Translations under genes and position numbers: made by a program
The notes under the pieces: model-generated
Seen by the model: only the letters and a program-made list of their open reading frames with translations
The model's database searches: none
Told to the model about the DNA's origin: nothing
Shown here: piece after piece, positions 16,545 through 24,179 of the stretch
Position numbering within the stretch: position 1 is the stretch's first letter
How the letters are laid out: each line of letters begins with the position of its first letter
NCBI RefSeq assembly: GCF_001945605.1
Contig: NZ_MPKA01000087.1
Coordinates: forward strand, 1 to 32,000
DNA: 32,000 nt
Reading direction: 5' to 3'
Source: Dubosiella newyorkensis
GTDB taxonomy: Bacteria > Bacillota_I > Bacilli_A > Erysipelotrichales > Erysipelotrichaceae

Positions 16545-16630
16545 AAAAAAAAGCCCCCTTCTGGCTGGGAAGGAGGAAGATAATGAAACCTGATATTTTC
16601 GAAGCTGTTTTCAGGCTTATCGAGATCTCT
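16545..16630 (-). ncRNA. Predicted cis-antisense RNA of about 85 nt covering the SD, start codon and first ~16 codons of the peptide ORF
   Basis: Minus-strand promoter: TTGTAA (16665-16660), 17-nt spacer ending in TGT, then TATAAT (16642-16637), i.e. an extended -10. Minus-strand terminator: CCTCCTTC-ccagcca-GAAGGGGG followed by C and T8 (16576-16545). This is a prediction only. Confidence 0.3.
16554..16576 (+). promoter_or_regulatory. SD-sequestering hairpin in the leader of the small peptide ORF
   Basis: CCCCCTTC (16554-16561) pairs with GAAGGAGG (16569-16576) at 7 of 8 positions, with one C.A mismatch. The second arm contains the GGAGG SD of the 16583 ORF. Confidence 0.4.
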
Positions 16631-16678
16631 ATTGCTATTATAACAGTTGCGATAGAGATTTACAAATTGAAGAGATAA
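16583..16678 (+). CDS. 31-aa hydrophobic/amphipathic peptide; candidate type I toxin or holin-like toxin peptide
   Basis: GGAGG (16572-16576), 6-nt spacer, then ATG. Sequence MKPDIFEAVFRLIEISIAIITVAIEIYKLKR, with a basic C-terminus. It has its own terminator 10 nt downstream. It is too short for the ORF track. Confidence 0.4.
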   Translation: MKPDIFEAVFRLIEISIAIITVAIEIYKLKR

Positions 16679-16688
16679 GAGTGATTGC

Positions 16689-16711
16689 GAGGTCTTCGGA
16701 CCTCTTTTTTT
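16689..16711 (+). terminator. Intrinsic terminator of the small peptide ORF
   Basis: GAGGTC-TTCG-GACCTC followed by T7. Confidence 0.8.
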
Positions 16712-16869
16712 ATGTTTCGTGAGGAATATATGAGGAAAAAAGAGAGAAATGTTCACGAAAAAAAACAAAATAAGTGGTTTTAAGCAATCTAATATCATAA
16801 TCAGTAAACAAAAGTAAGTTGTAGCACAATATATGGAGTTTCCCGTCATCTGCTCCATCTAGTTGAGTT

Positions 16870-16894
16870 AAAAACCGCAGAAATGCGGTTTTTT
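16870..16894. terminator. Bidirectional intrinsic terminator with no obvious gene attached
   Basis: AAAAACCGCA-GAAA-TGCGGTTTTTT, with an A-run on one side and a T-run on the other. Confidence 0.6.
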
Positions 16895-16943
16895 GCTATT
16901 TGGAAGTTTTAGAATTCATAAATTAAAAATTTTATTTTTTCTC

Positions 16944-16972
16944 TTTACAAACACTCAATTATTCGATATTAT
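16944..16972 (+). promoter_or_regulatory. Sigma-A-type promoter for tRNA-His
   Basis: TTTACA (16944-16949), 17-nt spacer, TATTAT (16967-16972). An AT-rich UP-like region lies upstream, and the tRNA starts 13 nt after the -10. Confidence 0.5.
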
Positions 16973-16984
16973 AATTGAGCATAT

Positions 16985-17061
16985 GGCGGTTGTGGTGAAG
17001 TGGTTAACACAACGGATTGTGGCTCCGTCATTCGCGCGTTCGATCCGCGTCAGCCGCCCCA
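16985..17061 (+). tRNA. tRNA-His (anticodon GTG) with the extra G-1 and an encoded CCA
   Basis: Hand-folded cloverleaf. Acceptor GCGGTTG/CAGCCGC, with G-1 opposite C73. Anticodon arm ACGGA-TTGTGGC-TCCGT. T arm GCGCG-TTCGATC-CGCGT. It closely resembles Bacillus tRNA-His. Confidence 0.95.
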
Positions 17062-17076
17062 TTTTGTAAGCAAACG

Positions 17077-17104
17077 TGCCAATCGAAAGATTGGCATTTT
17101 TTTT
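17077..17104 (+). terminator. Intrinsic terminator after tRNA-His
   Basis: TGCCAATC-GAAA-GATTGGCA followed by T8. Confidence 0.8.
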
Positions 17105-17123
17105 ATAAGAAAGGATCTAATTT

Positions 17124-17678
17124 ATGAAAAAACTCTTCATTCTTTGTGTGTTCCTTTTGGCTGGCTGCGCTACACAAACTCCATCAAAAACCCCATCCGC
17201 ATGCTCCGAAGAGCAAGCTTGTACGATCGGTGATCAAAACACTGTTGAAACGATGCAGCCATTGTCTTTTGAAGAGGCCCTTTCCTTTTTCAAAGAGAAA
17301 AAAAGCGGTCTATTGTATTTTGGCTTTGAAAATTGTCCATGGTGTCAAGAAGCGCTCCCGATCCTTCGAGAAGAAGCTAAACGACAAAACGTTTCGATCC
17401 ATTCGATCTTGACACGCGATGAAAATAATGAACTTCTTTATACGGAGGAACAAAAACAAGAAATCATTCCTTATCTTCAAGACTATATGTCCAAGAACGA
17501 GGAAGGTGAGCTCACGCTCTATGTGCCTCTTGTCGTTGTCGTCAAAGATGGAAAAGCGATCGAAGGTCATGTTGGAACGGTGGATGACCACGATGCCCAT
17601 GCGCGTAAAATGACGGAAGAAGAAAAACAAGAACTTCAAAAAAAATACGAAGATATGCTTGCGCAATTATCTTCGTAA
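17124..17678 (+). CDS. Thioredoxin-fold lipoprotein (CxxC)
   Basis: Signal peptide with lipobox LLAGC. The CPWC motif sits in the context LLYFGFENCPWCQEALP. 184 aa. Confidence 0.75.
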   Translation: MKKLFILCVFLLAGCATQTPSKTPSACSEEQACTIGDQNTVETMQPLSFEEALSFFKEKKSGLLYFGFENCPWCQEALPILREEAKRQNVSIHSILTRDENNELLYTEEQKQEIIPYLQDYMSKNEEGELTLYVPLVVVVKDGKAIEGHVGTVDDHDAHARKMTEEEKQELQKKYEDMLAQLSS

Positions 17679-17912
17679 TAAGACTTCTGCCCGAAATAAG
17701 TACCAGCCATTCAGCAAGAGAAGTGGTGTAAATAGATCATACCCCATACCTGAAATCAATTTTACGAACGGATGGGAAACAAGTGTAGGAAACAGGAAAG
17801 GGAATACCCACGATACCCAGATCGCGACCACAAAAAGGAAAAGATTCACAAGAAATAAGATCCGAGTCATCACTTTCGAAGTATGCAGATCCGTAAAAAT
17901 CAATTTAAACAT
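17667..17912 (-). CDS. Small integral membrane protein, 81 aa, unknown function
   Basis: Strong minus-strand SD AAGGAGGG lies 6 nt before ATG 17912. Two or three hydrophobic segments. Its 3' end overlaps the convergent lipoprotein gene by 12 nt. Confidence 0.5.
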   Translation of the reverse strand: MFKLIFTDLHTSKVMTRILFLVNLFLFVVAIWVSWVFPFLFPTLVSHPFVKLISGMGYDLFTPLLLLNGWYLFRAEVLLRR

Positions 17913-18042
17913 AGGGCTCCCTCCTTTTTCTATGATTATAAGAAATTCGATTCAAGAAGGGGACTCAGACACTCTTTGTGTGAAATTATGTGAATTAATA
18001 AAACGCGGCTCATTTTTGAGTAAGAATTCGTATTTATAAAGT

Positions 18043-18717
18043 ATGAAGATCAAAGAAATGATGCAAGAACAAAGACCAAGAGAAAAAGCGCTGCGCCTAG
18101 GGATCGAATCTCTGAGCGACACAGAACTTTTATGCTTGATCATTTCCAGCGGTACGAAAAATAGGCCAGTGGACGTCATCGCCGAAGACTTGCTGAAAAA
18201 AACCAACAACCTATCCACATTGCCCAATATTCCGATCCAGTCGCTCATGGAGATCGAAGGGATCCGCGAAGTCAAAGCGCTCCAGATCGCAGGCTCCATA
18301 GAACTATGCAAGCGAGCGATGAAAGCTAAGACCTATCAACAAACGATCCATCATCCAAAAGACGTGCTCAATTGGTTTGAAATCGAGTACGGAATCCTTC
18401 CCCAAGAACATTTCATCTGCGTCTATCTAGACACCAAAGGGAAGATCATTACCCATAAAGTCATATTTATTGGCTCGCTCAACGAGTCTTTGATCCATCC
18501 TCGCGAAATATTCAAAGAAGCGTTCCTCAATAACGCGTATTCGATCCTTTTTGTACACAACCATCCATCCAACGACACGACCCCTTCCCGTAGCGATATC
18601 GCATCGACCCATCAACTCATGGAGGTCGCCAAGACGATGGGAATCTATGTGATGGATCATATCATCGTCGGAAAAGACAACTGGTATTCCTTCAAACAGA
18701 ACGGCGCTCTTCATTGA
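18043..18717 (+). CDS. radC: RadC-family JAMM-motif protein
   Basis: ERPREKALRLGIESLSDTELLCLIISSGTK at the N-terminus, and the HNHPS...PS..D JAMM motif (FVHNHPSNDTTPSRSD). Conserved position upstream of mreC. Confidence 0.9.
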   Translation: MKIKEMMQEQRPREKALRLGIESLSDTELLCLIISSGTKNRPVDVIAEDLLKKTNNLSTLPNIPIQSLMEIEGIREVKALQIAGSIELCKRAMKAKTYQQTIHHPKDVLNWFEIEYGILPQEHFICVYLDTKGKIITHKVIFIGSLNESLIHPREIFKEAFLNNAYSILFVHNHPSNDTTPSRSDIASTHQLMEVAKTMGIYVMDHIIVGKDNWYSFKQNGALH

Positions 18718-18742
18718 TTCTACCCTTCTTTGTAGCTATAAT
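18714..18742 (+). promoter_or_regulatory. Sigma-A-type promoter upstream of mreC, overlapping the radC stop
   Basis: TTGATT (18714-18719), 17-nt spacer, TATAAT (18737-18742). Confidence 0.5.
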
Positions 18743-18766
18743 GAAAGAAATGATTTTGGGGGAAGA

Positions 18767-19603
18767 ATGAAAAAACTAACTCGACTACAAAGAATCTTGA
18801 TCAGCGCGATCCTCGTCGTCACATTGATCGGCAGCCTCATGCTCGCGCTAAGACAAAATACAATGACCAACATCGGCTATAGCGCCTGGACCTATATAAA
18901 ATATGGCTTGATCGATTATCCGATCACCTCGCTCTCGAATATGATTTCCGACGTATCGAATTTATGGCACGTCTATGACGACAACGTTTATCTCAACGAA
19001 CAGCTCGCCACACAGCGAAGTTATGAGACGATGTATCAAGATGAACGAAATAAAAACCGCGAACTCGAAAAGCTTCTCGATCTGCAGGGAGGGATGGAAG
19101 AAGCGCTTCGCGTAAATTGTTCCGTGCTCTCAAGACCTGTTCAAAACTGGAATCAAAGCGTCACGCTATCCGCCGGAAAAAATCAAAATATCGAAGAAAA
19201 TATGCTCGTCACTTCTTCTGAGGGAGCTGTCGGCTTGATCGAGCACGTAGAGACGACCACAAGCCAAGTCCGCCTGCTCACTAGCCCTGAGCTAAGAAAC
19301 GATATCGCGATCCAGATCGCCCTCGATGATGGAACCAATGTCGAAGGCATCCTACAAAGATATGACACCAAACGCAAAGCGTATCAAGTCAACTTGTTCG
19401 ATCACGATGTTACAGTCGCCAATGGACAACAAGTGGCCACAAGCGGAAAAGGGGGTAACTATCCAGCCGGTGTCTTGATCGGTACGGTAGTCGACACCGT
19501 GATCGGGGATGATGCGATCGTTTCCACGATCTATGTCAAACCAGTTTCCAATATTCAATCGTTCAATTATGTCAGTGTGATCGGGATGAAAAAAAGCGCA
19601 TGA
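18767..19603 (+). CDS. mreC: Rod shape-determining protein MreC
   Basis: N-terminal TM and coiled-coil, then VTSSEGAVGLI...SQVRLLTS and TSGKGGNYPAGVLIGTVV. These correspond to the MreC TSGLGG-FP-G-PIG signature. Confidence 0.85.
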   Translation: MKKLTRLQRILISAILVVTLIGSLMLALRQNTMTNIGYSAWTYIKYGLIDYPITSLSNMISDVSNLWHVYDDNVYLNEQLATQRSYETMYQDERNKNRELEKLLDLQGGMEEALRVNCSVLSRPVQNWNQSVTLSAGKNQNIEENMLVTSSEGAVGLIEHVETTTSQVRLLTSPELRNDIAIQIALDDGTNVEGILQRYDTKRKAYQVNLFDHDVTVANGQQVATSGKGGNYPAGVLIGTVVDTVIGDDAIVSTIYVKPVSNIQSFNYVSVIGMKKSA

Positions 19604-20163
19604 AAAAAGCACAAATCATCGCGATCGGATTTATAGGACTCGGTCTATTGGATTCCTTGATCACATTCGCTTTTCCGATCGATTTTACCTATGTCCATTA
19701 CAGTTTCGTTCCGCACCTTGTTTTTATCGGAACCCTCGTGTATACCGTCGATAAACCTTGGCTCAATCGGATTTTGATCTCCATGGTCATCGGGCTTGGC
19801 TTCGATCTATTGTTTGCCCAGATGTTCCCGATGAATATGATCTTATTCGCTCTATTTGGCTACTTGGCAGGATGGATCTATGAACATATGCATCGAGAGG
19901 GAAGCCTATTCCTTATTTTTCTAGGCTGCGCCTTCCTCTACGACTTGATCCCATATATCATCTATTTTATGATCAACCACTCGCCAAGCCTTGATACATG
20001 GTTTTATAAAATCGAAAGCTTGACCCTTCTTGCCGATCTGATCAGCATTCTTTTCTTGATGTATATTCAGCAAGTCATGTCCCGGTTCTTTATGATCCGC
20101 CAATACCGCGAACGAAAGCAAACCACCAAAAAACTAAATCAAATCAAAACATCCCGGAAATGA
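19600..20163 (+). CDS. mreD: Rod shape-determining protein MreD
   Basis: ATGA overlap with mreC. 187-aa polytopic membrane protein in the conserved position. Confidence 0.7.
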   Translation: MKKAQIIAIGFIGLGLLDSLITFAFPIDFTYVHYSFVPHLVFIGTLVYTVDKPWLNRILISMVIGLGFDLLFAQMFPMNMILFALFGYLAGWIYEHMHREGSLFLIFLGCAFLYDLIPYIIYFMINHSPSLDTWFYKIESLTLLADLISILFLMYIQQVMSRFFMIRQYRERKQTTKKLNQIKTSRK

Positions 20164-20218
20164 GATCAGCCCTCGTTTTCGGGATTCGTGGTAAAATGGA
20201 AAAAACAAAGGAGCTTTT

Positions 20219-22780
20219 ATGAAAAAATTACTATTGATCGATGGCAATTCGATGCTGTTCCGCGCCTATTATGCCACCGCCTATACACGAAGAATGTCTA
20301 CAAGCACAGGCATCCCTACCAATGCGGTCTTCGGATTCATCTCCATGATGCAAAAAGCGATCCACCTGATCCATCCTGATGCGATCTTGGTGGCATGGGA
20401 CGCTGGAAAGAAAACGTTCAGACACGAAAGCTATGAAGACTATAAAGGAACACGAAAAGAATTGGACGAGGATCTGATCGTTCAGATGCCGATCGTGCGC
20501 GAATATCTCGATGAGATCCAGATCCCTCGATATGAAGAAGAAGGCTATGAAGCCGATGACATCATCGGATCGATGTGCGAAGAAAACCCGGACATTTCGA
20601 CCACTATTTTGACAAGCGACCGCGACCTTTTGCAACTCGTCGACAAAAGCACCAACGTATTGCTCATGAAAAAAGGAATCACGGAAATGGACCTCATGGA
20701 TGAAGCGGCGCTCCAGGAAAAATATGACCTCAAGCCTCGCCAGATCATCGACCTCAAAGGATTGATGGGCGACGCTTCCGATAATATCCCCGGCGTCAAA
20801 GGTGTTGGAGAAAAAACAGCCTTAAAACTACTCCATCAATACGAAAGCGTAGAAGGCGTTTATGAACATATCGACGAAATCAAAGGCAAAATGAGAGAAA
20901 AGCTGATCGATGGAAAAGAGTCCGCCTTCTTATCCAAAGAGCTCGCTACGATCTTTACAGAAATGAAGCTTCCATTCTCTCTCGATGATCTCACTTATCA
21001 TCACCATGAAGGAGAAAACTTCTATAAAAAATACGAAATGAAATCGCTTTTAGAACGCGAAAAAGTCGTTGAAGTCCCTAAGACGATCGAGACCCATACG
21101 ATCGATTCGATCGGGCAATTAAAAGAAATCCCAACCTTGATGATCCCTGTCGCAAGCGATGAGGCTTTCTTAGAACAAACGCTCTATGGCTTTATGTTTT
21201 GCGAAAACGAATCCGCTTACTATTTGCCGCTCAAGGATGCCAGCAATGACGAAGCCTTCATCCAATGGCTAAAAACGGTAAAGTTGACGACCTATCGGGC
21301 AAAAAATGCGATGCATCTTTTTGACCGCTACGGTTTTACGATCCCCCACATTCAAGACGATTTGCATCTAGCTGGCTTTTTATTGTATAGCCAAGCCACC
21401 AATATGGACGATTTGTTTGAAGCTTTAGAGATCCCGCTCCACGAACCATGGAAAGATCTATCCAAAAAAAGCTTAGGCGGTTTTTCCGAAGAAAGAATGA
21501 AACAAGAGATCGCTTCGATCATCGTTCCTTTGGCTCATAAAAAAAGCTCGATCCTCGCTTCGATCGAAGAAGAAAATATGAAAGAACTTTATTACGATGT
21601 CGAACTTCCGCTCAGCAAGATCTTGTACTCGATGGAAAACGAAGGAATCGACGTCGACGAAAACAAGCTCGAAGAAATACGACAAGACTACCAACAAAAA
21701 ATGGATGCGCTTCTCGAAACGATCTACAGCTTTGCTGGCCATGAATTCAATGTCGACTCGCCAAAGCAGCTCGCGGTTGTCTTGTTTGATGAACTCAAAT
21801 TGAAGACAGGAAAGAAACGCTCCACAGCCGCGGATATCTTAGAAAAACTAAAAGAAGATCATCCGATCATCGATCAGATCCTCGAATATAAAAAGTATTC
21901 AAAAATCATGTCGACCTATATTATCGGCCTGAAAAAATATATTCATAACGGAAAGATCTTCACGACCTTCAATCAAACCGTGACAGCGACAGGACGTTTG
22001 TCATCATCCGATCCAAATTTGCAGAACATATCGATCAAAGACGAAGAAGGAAAAGAAATCCGCAAAGCATTCGTTGCACCCAAAGGATATAAACTCATCT
22101 CCGCCGACTATTCCCAGATCGAATTGAGAATGCTCGCCCACATGGCGAATGAATACAATATGATCGACGCCTTCAAGCACGATATCGACATCCATACAAA
22201 AACAGCGTCTGAACTCTTTGACGTCTCGCCTGATGAAGTCGACGAACACGAGCGACGGATCGCAAAAACGGTGAATTTCGGTATCATCTATGGCCAAACA
22301 GAATTTGGACTCTCTCAAACGTTGCATATCAGCCGTCAAGAAGCGAAAAAATTCATGCGCACCTATTTTGCATCGTATCCAAACATCCATCGTTTTATGG
22401 ACCAAACGATCGAGTTCTGCGAAGAGAACGGTTATGTAGAAACGATGCTGCATCGTCGCCGCGCCATCCCTGAAATCCATGACAAAAACTTTATGACCAA
22501 AGAGTTCGGTAAACGGGCGGCGATGAACGCTCCGATCCAAGGAAGCGCCGCCGACCTGATCAAGATCGCCATGATCAAAACGTATGAGGCGATCAATTCT
22601 CTAGGTTATGATACAAAAATGCTTTTGCAGATCCACGATGAACTCATCTTTGTCGCCCCCGATCATGAAGTGGAAGAAATCATCGCTCTCGTTCAAAAGA
22701 CGATGGATGAAGCGATGCAGCTCAACGTGCCATTAAAAGCCGGGATCTCGTATGGCCAAAATTGGTATGAGGCCAAATAA
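20219..22780 (+). CDS. polA: DNA polymerase I
   Basis: 853 aa. 5'-nuclease N-terminus LLLIDGNSMLFRAYYA. Polymerase motifs DYSQIELR, RRIAKTVNFGIIYG and QIHDEL. Confidence 0.97.
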   Translation: MKKLLLIDGNSMLFRAYYATAYTRRMSTSTGIPTNAVFGFISMMQKAIHLIHPDAILVAWDAGKKTFRHESYEDYKGTRKELDEDLIVQMPIVREYLDEIQIPRYEEEGYEADDIIGSMCEENPDISTTILTSDRDLLQLVDKSTNVLLMKKGITEMDLMDEAALQEKYDLKPRQIIDLKGLMGDASDNIPGVKGVGEKTALKLLHQYESVEGVYEHIDEIKGKMREKLIDGKESAFLSKELATIFTEMKLPFSLDDLTYHHHEGENFYKKYEMKSLLEREKVVEVPKTIETHTIDSIGQLKEIPTLMIPVASDEAFLEQTLYGFMFCENESAYYLPLKDASNDEAFIQWLKTVKLTTYRAKNAMHLFDRYGFTIPHIQDDLHLAGFLLYSQATNMDDLFEALEIPLHEPWKDLSKKSLGGFSEERMKQEIASIIVPLAHKKSSILASIEEENMKELYYDVELPLSKILYSMENEGIDVDENKLEEIRQDYQQKMDALLETIYSFAGHEFNVDSPKQLAVVLFDELKLKTGKKRSTAADILEKLKEDHPIIDQILEYKKYSKIMSTYIIGLKKYIHNGKIFTTFNQTVTATGRLSSSDPNLQNISIKDEEGKEIRKAFVAPKGYKLISADYSQIELRMLAHMANEYNMIDAFKHDIDIHTKTASELFDVSPDEVDEHERRIAKTVNFGIIYGQTEFGLSQTLHISRQEAKKFMRTYFASYPNIHRFMDQTIEFCEENGYVETMLHRRRAIPEIHDKNFMTKEFGKRAAMNAPIQGSAADLIKIAMIKTYEAINSLGYDTKMLLQIHDELIFVAPDHEVEEIIALVQKTMDEAMQLNVPLKAGISYGQNWYEAK

Positions 22781-23607
22781 TGCCAGAAGCACCAGAAGTA
22801 CAAACTGTCCTGTCGACCTTGGAACATCAAATCAAAGGGGTCAAGATCCTAAAAGCCAAGATCTATCACGAAAAACTTTCCGCCAACATGGAAGCGGAAA
22901 CGATGTGCAAATCGCTCAAAGGCCAATCGATCGAATCCTTTTTTCGGATCGGCAAATATCTAGGCTTCGAAACCCAGGATTACGACTGGATCTGCCATTT
23001 GCGGATGGAAGGAAAATTTTATTTGATGGATGCCATCCCAGAGCCAAAGGACAAGCACATCCACGCGATCTTTACTTTAGCTGATGGCCGCTATTTGTGT
23101 TATCACGATACTCGAAAGTTTGGACGGATGTATTTGTATCCTAAAACCCAAGACAAAGCAAGCTTGCCATGCTTTCAAAAGATCGGTAAAGATTATCTGG
23201 AAATGAGTGGCCATGAATTGTATGAAAAGACGCGCAAGATCAAGCGAGAAATCAAATTCGTCCTGCTTGATCAATCGATCATGGCGGGAATAGGAAATAT
23301 CTATGCCGACGAGATCTTGTTCGCCTCTCGTCTCGATCCTAGAACACCAGCCAATCATCTTGATGAACACGATTGCGATGAAATCGTAGCCCAGACCAAG
23401 CGGATCCTGCAAGGCGCTACTCGAGCTGGAGGAACAACGATCCGCTCCTACACGTCTTCTCTAGGCGTGAGCGGCCGCTTTCAGCTCGAACTCAAAGCCC
23501 ATAAACAAGAAGGCAAAGAGTGTCCTATCTGCAAAGGAACGATCGAAAAGATCAAAGTCAATCAAAGGAGTACGTATTTATGTCCGCATTGCCAAAAACG
23601 AAAGTGA
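22780..23607 (+). CDS. mutM: Formamidopyrimidine-DNA glycosylase
   Basis: N-terminal MPEAPEV, LRMEGKF, and the C-terminal zinc finger CPICKGTIEKIKVNQRSTYLCPHCQ. One-nucleotide start/stop overlap with polA. Confidence 0.93.
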   Translation: MPEAPEVQTVLSTLEHQIKGVKILKAKIYHEKLSANMEAETMCKSLKGQSIESFFRIGKYLGFETQDYDWICHLRMEGKFYLMDAIPEPKDKHIHAIFTLADGRYLCYHDTRKFGRMYLYPKTQDKASLPCFQKIGKDYLEMSGHELYEKTRKIKREIKFVLLDQSIMAGIGNIYADEILFASRLDPRTPANHLDEHDCDEIVAQTKRILQGATRAGGTTIRSYTSSLGVSGRFQLELKAHKQEGKECPICKGTIEKIKVNQRSTYLCPHCQKRK

Positions 23608-24179
23608 TCGCGATCACCGGAACGATCGGCTCAGGAAAATCAACAGCAGGCCACTATTTAAAAACGATCTATCCTGTCCTCGATTGCGATCAAGTCAATG
23701 CCGAGCTGCTGCAGCCAGGCCATGAAGGAGAAAAAAGACTCAGAACGCTCTCTTGGATCCATTATGATCAGGATGGAAAGATCGATAAACAAAATATGGC
23801 GTCGCAAATGTTTCAAGATCACCAAAAAAAACAAAGCGTTGAATCGATCCTGCATCCACTGATTTTCGAAGCGATCGATCGATGGGAAAAGGAGCAGAAA
23901 TCTTCGCTTCTTTTTGTTGAGATCCCTTTATTGTTCGAGATCGGGGCTCAAGATCGCTTCGACGAAGTTTGGTGCGTGGCTATCCCGAACGATCTCGCTT
24001 GTAAGCGTTTGGTCGAGGGAAGAGGTTTTTTAGAAATGGAAGCGAGACAACGAATCAAGAATCAATTTTCGCTCGAATACAAAGTATCCAACAGCGACAA
24101 GGTGTTTTGGAATACGGGAAGCCAAGAAAAGCTGATCGAGCAGATCAAAAAGGCATGTCAAGAGGAGGGCACACTTTGA
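23580..24179 (+). CDS. coaE: Dephospho-CoA kinase
   Basis: ATG 23580 lies 9 nt after AAGGAG and gives MSALPKTKVIAITGTIGSGKST, with the P-loop correctly placed. The ORF-track start at 23520 lies inside mutM and is rejected. Confidence 0.9.
   Translation: MSALPKTKVIAITGTIGSGKSTAGHYLKTIYPVLDCDQVNAELLQPGHEGEKRLRTLSWIHYDQDGKIDKQNMASQMFQDHQKKQSVESILHPLIFEAIDRWEKEQKSSLLFVEIPLLFEIGAQDRFDEVWCVAIPNDLACKRLVEGRGFLEMEARQRIKNQFSLEYKVSNSDKVFWNTGSQEKLIEQIKKACQEEGTL

Noticed and set aside
16730-16783. 17-aa basic peptide ORF (MRKKERNVHEKKQNKWF) with a GAGGA-like sequence upstream
   Set aside because: It is too short and of too low complexity to support. The SD spacing is only about 4 nt, and it lies in the loop of an inverted repeat. 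I mention it only as part of the junction region.
16532-16858. 108-aa minus-strand ORF from the track, spanning the post-endolysin region
   Set aside because: It has no SD (aactcaactagATG). It runs straight through two strong hairpin terminators and the small peptide locus. Its translation is low-complexity (Phe/Leu/Ile-rich), as expected from AT-rich non-coding DNA.
16985-17061. tRNA-His as the prophage attachment site
   Set aside because: The prophage lies 5' of the tRNA, about 270 bp of spacer and the tRNA's own promoter lie between them, and I found no duplicated tRNA 3' fragment. A 9/12 match between cccgtcatctgc (around 16842) and the tRNA variable-loop region is short enough to be chance.
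17659-18039. 126-aa plus-strand ORF overlapping the 81-aa minus-strand membrane protein gene
   Set aside because: It has no SD and gives a basic, low-complexity translation. The opposite-strand ORF has a strong SD and clear TM segments, so that one is preferred.
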